A DNA stretch of 64,000 bases from Rebecca billardiae RCC1528 (taxonomy: Eukaryota > Protista > Haptophyta): positions 1 to 64,000 of the forward strand of contig OZ251238.1 of the NCBI GenBank assembly GCA_965240325.2, written 5' to 3'. Positions 13,621-23,453 of the stretch are shown piece by piece; position 1 is the first letter of the stretch, and the number at the start of each line of letters is the position of its first letter. The notes below the pieces were generated by a model. It was not told the DNA's origin and did no database searches. It was given only the letters and a program-made list of their open reading frames with translations. A program made the translations under genes and the position numbers.

Positions 13621-15002
13621 CCCCGTTGCTGCAGCGGATGAGTCTGAGGCGTTCACTGTGCTGACTCGCCAACCTGCCTGACAGCGTCGCTATGGTGCAG
13701 CTGCAGCCCTCTGCTGGCTCAGCACAGTCCACTACGAGCGATGGCACAGTGATGACCTCATCAGCTTATCCGCGCCAGCGGCTGGCAAGCCTCGTCTCTG
13801 CTCGCCGCCACGCCGGCCCTGACAGAGCCCAACGGCCGGGCCGGCGGCCGTCAGCTGGTGCCATCGTCATCGCTGGCGTGCTGCCAGGATTCCGATCCGA
13901 CGCCTGCGTTGCACTATATATATACGACGTGGCGGCACAGACTCCAGCTCGCGCGCGCTCGGCGCGGCGCGCGCGGTTTCCGCTCACTACGTGCACCAGG
14001 GGCAGGTAGGGCGAAGAATGAGATGGGGGGTCGGGGCGGGGGCAGCTTTGATCAGGGCGAGGCGCTGGGACGGCTGTGGCGCTCCACGTCCGCAGCTCCC
14101 TGGCGTGCACTTCACGTCGGGCTGTACTCCTCACTCAGCACTCGGCTGTCTCTGCAGCAGCAGCCATGATGCAGTAGCAGCACACGGCGGGCGCCGCCGC
14201 GCGCGCCGAGCGCTCCGCTCGAGCGCGGCGCGGTCGCGGCCGCGTTGGTGCAGCGGGAGCGCGCGCGACTGGACGCGGGCTCACGCGTCCCAAAGTGCAA
14301 GAGCAGTGCCATCGAGGCAGCAGTGATGCGCTGCTCTGGGCAGCCCCTCGCCGCACGCGGGGATGCCCTCGCGGCTGGGGCCTGGAGCCAGTTCAACCAC
14401 CAGCTCGGCAGTCCGCGTACCGGATCGCCCGCGTACAGAAGCAGTGGCGTGCTGCGCCACACATAGCGCAAGGGCTTCCGCCAGTGCAGAAAGGCAGAAG
14501 CCGCAGAAGCCAGCAGCAGTCGCAGTGTGTCGCCGGGACACTTGCAGGCCGTGCGCGGCGACGGAGGCTTCACATGGCGGCGGTGGGCGCGGGCGCTGGC
14601 GATGGCTACTGACTAGACGATGCGAACGATGCAGCCAAGGCTCGCCTATAGACGCCCATCATCGCTGATGACTCCCCGCCCACATAACCGCCCGGCGGGC
14701 TCATCGGTGGCCGGTCGGACGACGAGTGAGACGGGGGGCGGGGGCGGGGTAGCCCATGGGCTGGTGCGAGGCGTTGGGGCGGAGGCGCGGCTGCAGCTGG
14801 GCCTGGTGCGAAGCGCCGGGGCGGCTGCGCGCAGCACTGCCGCATGTGTGTGGCTCCCGGCGGGTGGCAGCCACGTCCATCGCCGCGTTGCGAGTCCGGC
14901 CGGTGGGACGTCCGCGCGATCCTGATTCCTCCATCTCCCGCGCTTTTAATCATCAGGTCTCGGATTCGGTTGGGCTTCGTCCCGCGCCGGAGGGAACGAA
15001 CC

Positions 15003-16653
15003 ATGGAGGGCGTCGACGAGCCGCAGCAGGAGCTGGCGACGCTGCGCCCGTACATCAAGGGCAGCCCGCAGCTGCCGCGCCACCCGGCGGCGCTGTCGAA
15101 GCAGGGCCGCCGCGCGAGCTTCGTCGACCCGGCCACGCGCAACCCCGGGCGCAAGGTGGGCATCCCGCTCGCGACGGTCGCCATCTTTGCGCTCTCGTGC
15201 GACGCGCTGCTCATCAAGCTCGCGGGCGAGGCGGGCGCGTCGACGGCGGTGGTGATCATCGTCAAGTACGGCGCGACGACCTGTGTGACCGGCTGCATCG
15301 TCGTCGGCATGTACGTCGTCGACCGCGTGCGCCCGCTGTCCAGCGGGCTGCTGCTCGACGCGCCCACGCCGCGCGGCCGCTGGTTCATGGCGTACGCCGC
15401 GGTGCTCGGCACGATCGAGGGGCTGTGCTACACGCTCGGCTTCGCGTACACGACGAGCGCCAACGTGCTCGCCTTCGCCGCCCTCGCGCCCATGTGGAGC
15501 GCGCTCTTCACCTGGGTCTACCTCTCGATCGTCGTGCCGATGCGCACGCGCGTCGCCGTCAGCGTCGCGCTGCTCGGCAGCGGCGTCGTGGCGTACGGCG
15601 TGCGCAACGAGTTCGGCGCGGACGGCAGCTTCGACTCGGTCTTCGGCATCATCTGCGCCATCGCCGCCGGCGTCGTCGGCGCGGCCAACTTCACCGTGTA
15701 CCAGGTGCGCGCGCGCGCGCGCGCGGCCGCCGCCGCCGCCGCCGCCGCGCGCTCACGGCGCGCGCCTCGCGCCGCGCGCTCGCGCGCCGCAGGCCGCGTC
15801 GATCACGGCGCCGACCGCGCCGATGATGCTCGCCGAGCTCGCGGGCGGCCTGCTGTCGTTCGCGGTCGGCTGGGCGTTCCTGCTCAACCTGCACCCGCCG
15901 GGCGCGCCGCTGATGCCCGCCGACCCGCTCGGCCTGGTGTACCTCTGCCTGAGCGGCAGCTCGGCCGTCTTTGACGCGATGATGGTGGCCGCGTCGCTGC
16001 TCGTCTCGGGCACCGAGCTCGCGCTGGTCTGCCAGGTCGAGGCGTTCCTCAGCCCGATGCTCACCTTCCTCGTGCTCGCCGAGGTGCCCTCGCTCTTCAC
16101 GATGGCGGGCGGGCTGCTGATCATCAGCGTGGTCGGCGTGAACGAGGTGGCGGCGGTGGCGTACCCGGACGAGCGCATCGCGCAGCGCATCCACGCGCTC
16201 ACGATGGTCGGGCTGCGCGAGTACGTCGACCCGACCATACAGCTCGAGCCGCTCTCGTCGATGGGCTCGCTGCCCAAGCTGCCGCACGTCTCGCTCACGA
16301 CGATGCGCTCGCTGCCGCACGTGCGCGGCCGGCACAGCCGCGTCTCCGACCTGTCGAGCGTGGGCGGGGCGGACGACAAGCCGCGCGCCGAGGGGCAGCC
16401 CACCTCTGTCGGCGCGGGCAGCTCGCGCAGCACGACGGCGTGGCTGCAGGCGCTCTCGCCACCGCGCACGCCCGCCAAGCGCGCGCCGACGACGCCCGGC
16501 GCGGAAGCCGCCGCCGGCGACGCCGAGCAGGCGCACTCGACCCAGCTGCCCGCGCAGGTGACGGCCGCGTTGGCGTCGCCGCGGCGCATGCCTGCCGACG
16601 CTGACGATGCCGCCGACGCTGCGGCCGCGCCCGTCAGCAGCGATACGCGCTAG
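15003..16653 (+). CDS. EamA/DMT-superfamily multi-pass membrane transporter; exons 15003-15704 and 15793-16653
   Basis: About ten hydrophobic helices with DMT-like motifs (GFAYTTSANVLAFAALAPMWSALF; ELALVCQVEAFLSPMLTFLVLAEVPS). A GT..AG intron at 15705-15792 with a CTCAC branch site joins the ORFs at 14844 and 15823 in frame. Confidence 0.8.
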
Positions 16654-16781
16654 CGCAGTACTGTCTGATGACTGTCTCATCAGCGCTGGTGGCATTCAGC
16701 AGTCGCGTCATCGTCGCGATGATTCCGGTTGACCAGCATCATCAGCGCAGTCGTAACTATGCATCAACGCCATATTAGTCG

Positions 16782-16811
16782 TATATATGTCGTATATATA
16801 TATATATATAT
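16782..16811. repeat. (TA)n microsatellite between convergent gene 3' ends
   Basis: TATATATGTCGTATATATATATATATATAT, an AT island in otherwise GC-rich DNA. Confidence 0.85.
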
Positions 16812-17019
16812 CGATATGACGAGGGCGGTACGAATAATAAGCTTGCTTGCATGTATTGCATCAGTATACAGTCAGAGTCGTCGCACCGCGAGTAGCAGTG
16901 AGTAGTGAGCAGCGCCGCGCGCTGCCCCCTGCTGCTGGCGCATATCAGCAGCACTCGAGTGACCGCCTCGCGCCGCGCGGCTCGCTCGTCGGGCGGGCGT
17001 CGGCGCGCGCGCCTGCCGC

Positions 17020-19182
17020 TCACCGCCCCCTCCGGCCCGCCGCCGCGGGCCGCGCGGGCCACTCAAACGCCGGCGCGTCGCGCCACGGCCGCACGCCGTA
17101 CGCGGGCAAGGCCGCCCACGGCCGCACGGGGCTCGCGCCGCCGCGCCGGCCCGCGCACGGCCGGTGCTCGCAGCCCGCGGGCTGGAAGGTGTCGAGCGGC
17201 GAGGCGCGCTGCAGCTCGTCGAGGCGCGTGCGCGCGCGCAGCTGCTGCGCGAGCACCTCGCACATCGCCGCGCCCACCGCGGGGCGCGCCAGCGCCCAGT
17301 CGTTCGCCTCGGGGTCGGCGGCGGCCTCGGCGCGCGCCGCACCCGCGCCGCCGCCGCCGCCGCCGCCGTCCGCCGCGCCGCCGGCGGGCTGCGGCGGCTG
17401 CAGCTCGAAGAGCGCGACGGGCGCGTCGGCCGCGCGCGCGCCGAGCGCCGCGCCGAGCGCCTCCTGCAGCAGCGCGACCACGCGCGCGCCGCCGAGCTCG
17501 CGGCACGTCGGCGGCGGCGCGAGGTGCGCGGCGGCGGCGGCGGCGCCGCTGCCGTTGGCCGCGCGCGGCGCGGGCGCGCGCGCGACGCGCGCGTCCGCCG
17601 CGCTCAGGTTGAGCGCCATGCGCACGCGGCGCTCGGCGGGGGCGCGGGGCGGCGCGCCCGGCGCGGCGGGCTGCGGCGCGAGCACCACGCCCGCGCCCGC
17701 CGGCGCGCTCGGCACGCGCGGCGCGGAGAGGCTGGGCGCGTGCGTGGCGAGCAGCAGCTTCCAGCGGCGCGTGCGCACGGCCACGCGCACACTCACGGCC
17801 AAAGCCGCGGCGCGCGCCGCCTCGGCGCCGCGCGGCCGCGCGGGGCGGCGCGCCGGGTGGCGCGCGAGCTGCTTGGCCGGCGCGGCGGGCGCGAGCTGCG
17901 CGTCGAGCAGCAGCCCCTGCCGCTCGCGCGCGCGCAGCGCGGCCGAGGGCGTGGCGGTGGCGAGCGCCGCCCACAGCGGCGCGCCGTCCGTCTGCGCCGG
18001 CAGCAGCGGCGCGCGCGCCAGCCGCAGAAACGTGGGCGCCCAGTCGACGGCGTGGAGCAGCGCGGCGCAGGCGGGCGCGGCGGGGCCGCCGCGCGCGCCG
18101 CCGCGGCGCCACGCGCGCTCGCCCGCCCAGACGAACGCGCGCGCGCGCACGCCGCCCTCGAAGGCGTCGGCCTTGCCGCCGCGCAGCGGCCAGTTGCGCG
18201 CGCCGTTGTAGTCGGCAGAGCCGCCGGCCGACGGCGGCCGCCCGCCGTTGTCCGAGGTGACGAGCACGACGGCGTCGCGCGCGAGGCCCGTGTCGTGCAG
18301 CGCGCGCATCAGCGCGCCGAACGCCAGGTCCACCTGCGCCAGCGCGCCGCCGTACGCCGCGCGCGTCGGGTCGGCCGCCTGCAGCCGCGCGGCGCCGTCC
18401 GCGCCGCCGGGGTGCGCCGCGCGCCTCGCGTCGTGCGGCGACTCGACGGCCGAGTGCAGCGCGCCGAAGGCGAGGACGAGGAAGAGCGGCGCGGCGGTGG
18501 CGTTGGGCGCGGCCTGGCGCACGATCCGCGCCGCCTCCTCGCCGAACAGCTCGGTGTGGTACGCGCCGTCCGCGTCCGCGTCCGCCGCGCAGGTCGGGCC
18601 GCACGCGGGGCCGCTCGCGTTCACGTACGGCCGGCCCCCGCCCGTGTACGCGTGCCAGCCGTTGTAGAAGCCGAAGAAGCGCTCGAAGCCGCGGAAGGTG
18701 GGCGTCTGCGCCGGCGCGGCGTGGCCCAGGTGCCACTTGCCCACCAGCGCCGTGCGGTACCCCGCGTCGCGCAGCCGCTCGGCGAGCGTGGGCGTGTCCG
18801 CGCGCAGCCCGCGCTCGTCCGCGTTGCGCAGGAACGTGCACAGGCCGTGGTGGTGGCAGTAGCGGCCGGTGAGCAGCGCGGCGCGCGAGGGCGTGCACAG
18901 CGGGTGCACGTAGTGCGCGTCCAGCCGCACGCCCGCGCCCGCGTACCGGTCGAGGTTGGGCGTGCGGAACGCGCCGGGCTGCGCGCCAAAGCCGACGTCG
19001 CTCCAGCCGAGGTCGTCCACCAGCACCATCAGCAGGTGCGGACGGCCCGAGAGCGACGCGCCGGCGAGCGCGGTGCGGCGCAGGTCGCCCAGCCCGTGGT
19101 GCGACGGCCGCGGCGCCGCGGGCGCCGCGCCCCAGCCCGCGCACAGCGCGAGCAGCAGCGCGCGCCGCGCCGCGCCGCCCAT
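17020..19182 (-). CDS. Secreted formylglycine-dependent (S1) sulfatase, arylsulfatase B/I/J-like
   Basis: Signal peptide MGGAARRALLLALCAGWG. Motifs: VLVDDLGWSDVGF, catalytic CTPSRAALLTGRY, GKWHLG, SDNGG and NWPLRGGKADAFEGGVR. The 3' part is low-complexity and may hide introns. Confidence 0.92.
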   Translation of the reverse strand: MGGAARRALLLALCAGWGAAPAAPRPSHHGLGDLRRTALAGASLSGRPHLLMVLVDDLGWSDVGFGAQPGAFRTPNLDRYAGAGVRLDAHYVHPLCTPSRAALLTGRYCHHHGLCTFLRNADERGLRADTPTLAERLRDAGYRTALVGKWHLGHAAPAQTPTFRGFERFFGFYNGWHAYTGGGRPYVNASGPACGPTCAADADADGAYHTELFGEEAARIVRQAAPNATAAPLFLVLAFGALHSAVESPHDARRAAHPGGADGAARLQAADPTRAAYGGALAQVDLAFGALMRALHDTGLARDAVVLVTSDNGGRPPSAGGSADYNGARNWPLRGGKADAFEGGVRARAFVWAGERAWRRGGARGGPAAPACAALLHAVDWAPTFLRLARAPLLPAQTDGAPLWAALATATPSAALRARERQGLLLDAQLAPAAPAKQLARHPARRPARPRGAEAARAAALAVSVRVAVRTRRWKLLLATHAPSLSAPRVPSAPAGAGVVLAPQPAAPGAPPRAPAERRVRMALNLSAADARVARAPAPRAANGSGAAAAAAHLAPPPTCRELGGARVVALLQEALGAALGARAADAPVALFELQPPQPAGGAADGGGGGGGAGAARAEAAADPEANDWALARPAVGAAMCEVLAQQLRARTRLDELQRASPLDTFQPAGCEHRPCAGRRGGASPVRPWAALPAYGVRPWRDAPAFEWPARPAAAGRRGR

Positions 19183-19294
19183 CCCAGTGTGGGGCCGCCG
19201 AGGGCGCTCGCGAGGTGGGCGCCGGTCGCTCCGGGAGTTGAGAGGCTGGAGCAGACGAGCAGTCCGGCGCCTTTCTGGCCGAGGCAACCTCTTC

Positions 19295-20407
19295 ATGACG
19301 CACGCCATGGCGGCGGACGCGCCGGTCATCCGGCCGCTGCCGCACGAGACGGAGGACGGCAGCGACGACGAGGAGGGCGGCGGCGGCGCGCTGCTGGGCG
19401 AGCCGCGCATCCTCACCGCCGCCGCCGCGCTCGCGCTCGCCGCGCTGGTGCGGCGCGCGGCGGGCGCGCCGCTCGACGAGCTCGCGGCCGCGTGCGGCGC
19501 GGTCGGCGCGGGCGCGGCCGCGCTCTCGCTCGCCGGGCTCGCGCTGCGCGGCCGCCGCGCCGCGCGGCCGGCCGCCGCGCCGCGCGTGTACTTTGTGCGC
19601 GACGACCACACCAGCACCGCCGAGCAGCGCCGCCTCGAGGCCGACGTCTCGCGCGGCGCGTTTGCGCGTGGCGTGCTGTGGGTCGAGTTTGTGTACGAGC
19701 AGCAGCTCTCCGCGCTGCGCGAGGCGTGGGGCGGCGCGCGCGCGGAGGAGGGCGGCGCGGCGGAGGCGGCGGAGGCGGCGCTGCGCGAGCTCGAGGCCGG
19801 GCTGGCGCACGACGGCTGGGGCGCCGAGTACAACCGCGCGGTCGTGCGGCTGCTGCGCGCGGCGCACGCGCACGGCATGGGCGTGCGCGCGCTCGACGAC
19901 GAGGCGTGGTCGCTCGGGGCGTTCGAGGCGCGCCACGGCAAGTTCCGCGGCGGGCTCAAGTACCTGCGCAACCGCGCGTCGCCGCAGGACGACGGCGAGG
20001 CCGCCTCCTCGCGCTGGGCGCGCAAGGTGCTCGCCGGGCTCGCTGCCGACGGCGCGGCGCGCGGCCCGGTGGTGGTGGTGGGCGGCGCGGAGCACGGCAC
20101 GCCGATGGCGCGCATCCTCGCCGCCCACGGCGTGCGCGTCGACTTCCTGTACGAGCCGGCGGAGGCGGTGCACTCGAGCGCGGCGGAGAAGCTGCACGCC
20201 GCGCTCGAGCGCACGCAGTCGGAGCGCAGCCTGCACGACACGGACGACGACGACGACCACGGCGCGGTGCGCGCGCTCATCGCCGCGCTCCGGCAGCGCT
20301 GCCGCGAGGCGAGCGCGCACACCCGCGCGCACCGCGAGCACACCGCACACCCGCGCGCGCCCGACGGCGGCGCACCCGCCGCGGCCGCGGCGCCGGGCGG
20401 GGCGTGA
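19295..20407 (+). CDS. Putative TIKI/TraB/EreA/ChaN-superfamily protein with an N-terminal hydrophobic segment
   Basis: GC3-rich coding frame. The motif order YFVRDDH ... LWVEF ... LLRAAHAHGMGVRALD ... RN ... VVVVGGAEHG resembles this alpha/beta superfamily. The start could be 19295 or 19307. Confidence 0.6.
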   Translation: MTHAMAADAPVIRPLPHETEDGSDDEEGGGGALLGEPRILTAAAALALAALVRRAAGAPLDELAAACGAVGAGAAALSLAGLALRGRRAARPAAAPRVYFVRDDHTSTAEQRRLEADVSRGAFARGVLWVEFVYEQQLSALREAWGGARAEEGGAAEAAEAALRELEAGLAHDGWGAEYNRAVVRLLRAAHAHGMGVRALDDEAWSLGAFEARHGKFRGGLKYLRNRASPQDDGEAASSRWARKVLAGLAADGAARGPVVVVGGAEHGTPMARILAAHGVRVDFLYEPAEAVHSSAAEKLHAALERTQSERSLHDTDDDDDHGAVRALIAALRQRCREASAHTRAHREHTAHPRAPDGGAPAAAAAPGGA

Positions 20408-21692
20408 CGCGTCGCGGCGGCGGCCGCCGTGGTCGCCTGGCCGCCGTGGCGGCGTAGCAGCAGCACTGCAGTAGTTACTACTGAGTCGCCTAGGGTACTC
20501 CGTACTGTACGGTCCGCGCGACGACCGGACGGACCGAGGCTTCGCAGTTCGCAGCCGCGACGACCGATGAGTAGTGCGCGCTGACATAATGTATCATGCG
20601 GCTGCTGTACTGACGAGCAGATTGCCCGCTGCGAGCAGTCATCATGCCGCGCCAGCAGTCGTATACTCATGCGGCAGCCCCGGGCCGCCCGGCCGCCCAC
20701 TGCGGAGTGCGTGCATCGTGGGCCGCGCCCGCCGCGCCACTCGCTGTCTCGGCCGCGTCGTCCGCGCTGCTCGCGGGAGCGGGCCAGCGGCGCGGCAATA
20801 CTGCAGTAAGCGTCGCCGCGGCCCTACTGTGAGTACTGACATGATGACGACGATATACTGATGCTTATACATACTCGGCTTCCGCGCACTCACGCATCGG
20901 CATGCAGCACCGCAACGCGCCGGGCGCGAGTCCGAGCCCGCGCAGGCTCGACCGTCCGAGTGACCGCCACTGTCCGACGCGGACCGCGTGGCAGCGGCCA
21001 GCGGCCGTGCCAATAAGGCCGGCGACGAGACCGAGTGCGGCTGAGCCCTGCTTACATATATATATATACTACTACTACGCGGAGGAGCGCAGCTGGTTGT
21101 CCGTGCGGCTGCTCGGCGCCAAGCGTGGCCCGTCGGCTGGGTTTGGTAGTCGGGCGGCGGTCCGGTCGGCGGTCGGGCAGGGCGAGGTGCGCCGTGCGGT
21201 CGGGCGGGAAAGCGGACGGCTGCTGGGCGAAACTCGCTCCTGTTCGCCAAAGCCGGTCACTGCCCGTCAACTCCCGGCGCGCGCTCACTTTTCTGCGGTC
21301 CGCGCCAAAAGCGAGCTGCCACACGCTCGGAACGCTGTCCGGGGGCGCGCTGCGAGCTCCGAGCTCCGAGCCCGTCCGGGCGGGGGTGCGGTCGGAGGGG
21401 CGCTGGAGGAGGGTATCGGGCGGCGGCGAAGCGGCGCCGGCAGTCATAACGCGATAACCGCCGCAGACTGCCAAACCCGCCACTCCCGTCGCGTCGGCCA
21501 TCGCCCCTATACTAATAATGATGGCGGGGCCGCGGGGCCGGACTCGACGCGGCCGCGGCCGCGCAGGCGGACACAGCGCCGCGCGTGATCACAGATCTGA
21601 GATCAGCGCCGCCGGCAGCGCGGCGCAGCAGGCCGCCGGCCTCATTATTAATATATGCGGCGGCCTGCGGCCGCCGAGCAGTGGTGGCGGCC

Positions 21693-23176
21693 TCAGAGCT
21701 TGCTCGGCGGCGCGGTCGGCGCGTCGGGGCGGCCGCTGGCGAGCAGCTGCTCTGCGGAGGGCAGCGCGCTGCACGCCTCGAAGCGGATGCCCGCTGCGCT
21801 CAGCCGCTCGAGCAGCACACTGCCGAGCGCGCTCGCCGGCGTGAGCACGCCGCCCGCGCGCGGCAGCCGCGCGCGGCACTCGGGCAGCGCGAGGCACAGC
21901 GCCGCCTCCGCGACCATCTTGGCCGTCTCGTCGTACCCGGGGTCGCCGCCGCGCACCGCGCTCACGACGGCTGTCCCGTCCTCCGCGGTCGCTCTGAGCG
22001 CGAAGTGGAACCACGAGGCTGTGCGCAGCTGCTCCGAGGGGCCCTCGCCCGGCCGAGGCAGCTTGCCGCGCTCGATCAGCGCCTCGCGCTTCGCGATCGG
22101 CGCGGGGGGCGCGGCGAGGCTGCGCGCCACCGCCTCGTCCCTCGCCACCGCCACCTCCGAGTAGCAGAAGGCGCGCCCAAACAGCGGAGGCTCCGCCACC
22201 TCGCACGGCGCGCCCGCGGAGCCGCGGCACAGCGGCGCGCCCGGCGCGCGCAGCAGCTCGGCCGAGCGCCTGCGAGCAGCGCGCGCGGCGCGGCGCGGGC
22301 GCGGCGCGCGCGGGGGGGGGCGCGTTTCGGCGGCGGTGCGGCGCGCGCGCCCCGTGCTCGGCTTGCGCTGGGCGCGCGCGCCCCCCACCTGACGACGCGC
22401 GTGTTGATGGGCGCCATCATGAAGGGCGCCACCCAGCCCCCCAGCACAGAGTCGTGCGACGCGCGCTCGCACTCGAGCTCGCGCTCGCGCGGCGCGTCCG
22501 CGCCGTCGAGCGGCCGGCCGCCGAGGAGGTAGTGGTCCGCGCGCTGCGCGGCCACCTCCTCGCCCAGCCGGTCCATCAGCAGCCCCGTCGCCATCGTGCC
22601 GCCCGAGAGGCGGCCGTGCATGCTCACGTAGCAGCGCACGTCTGCGCACGCCGAGGCGGTGCGCGTGCGCAGCAGCAGCGCGGCGTGGAGCGTGCCCAGG
22701 TCGGAGGGGACGGAGTCGAAGCCGCACGCCGGCACGATGTGCACGCCCTTCTCGCGCGCCGCCGCGTCGTACGCGTCGAGCAGCAGCCGCATCCACGGCG
22801 TCTCTCCGGCGATGTCGACGTAGTCCGCGCCCAGCCGCACGCACGCGTCCACGACCGGGCGGCCGTGCGCCCAGAACGGGCCGGCGGTGGAGAGCAGGAC
22901 GCGCGTCTCGCCCACGATCCGGTCGACCGACTCCTGCTCGCGCGCGTCCCCCACCAGGATCGCCGGCTCGGACGCGCCCGCCGGCAGCGGGCCGGCGCGC
23001 GCGCGCGCCCACGCGCGCACCTCCTCCGCGCGCCCGCGGTCGCGCGCGGCGATCGCCCAGCGGAGGGTCGGGTGCTCGCGCTGCACCGCGCGGCAGATGT
23101 ACTCGACGACCAGCCGGCCCGTGAACCCGGCGCCGCCCCACACCACGATGTCGAAGAGGCGGCCGTGGCGGCTCAT
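21693..23176 (-). CDS. Saccharopine dehydrogenase-like oxidoreductase (SCCPDH / trans-acting enoyl reductase family); exons 23176-22389 and 22269-21693
   Basis: Motifs FDIVVWGGAGFTGRLV, AGPFWAHGRPVVDAC, YVDIAGE, CGFDSVPSDLG, SGGT, GDPGYDETAKMVAEAAL and GGVLTPASALG. A GT..AG intron at 22388-22270 restores the conserved NTRVVRRS. Confidence 0.9.
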
Positions 23177-23453
23177 GCCCGCAGACCGCGCTGCCGCTGC
23201 GTGATGCCGTCGTCGCCGCCTTTCCTTGCGTCCGGCCGGTGCGCGCGAATTGGTCCGGCCGATCGGCAAAAGGCGGACTACGAAAAGCAGGCCGCGAACG
23301 CTGTGATGAGACCCCACGATGGCGACCGGTCGCGGCCGCTTGACTACTCGCGTCGGACTCCGGTCGAACGGCGATGATCATACGGACGTCTGGAGCGATG
23401 GCATGCACATCAGCTCCACACGCGTGCTGTCCACAGCCCACACGCACGGCTCG

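Noticed and set aside
1428-13664. Dozens of ORFs in the telomere and satellite (MASGPSEARP..., MVWSGTAPP...)
   Set aside because: They are translations of a GC-rich tandem repeat. The 194/195-bp units shift frame constantly and no protein motif is present.
13620-15000. Short ORFs between the satellite and the first gene
   Set aside because: No recognisable motifs or consistent codon bias; a small gene cannot be excluded without RNA data.
19183-20700. N-terminal 500 aa of the 1226-aa sulfatase ORF
   Set aside because: It is the antisense of the neighbouring plus-strand gene. The signal peptide and sulfatase homology begin at 19182.
20408-21692. Overlapping ORFs and an imperfect hairpin near 21283-21316
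   Set aside because: Arg/Ala/Pro-rich translations typical of GC-rich non-coding DNA. The hairpin is short and matches no RNA family I recognise.
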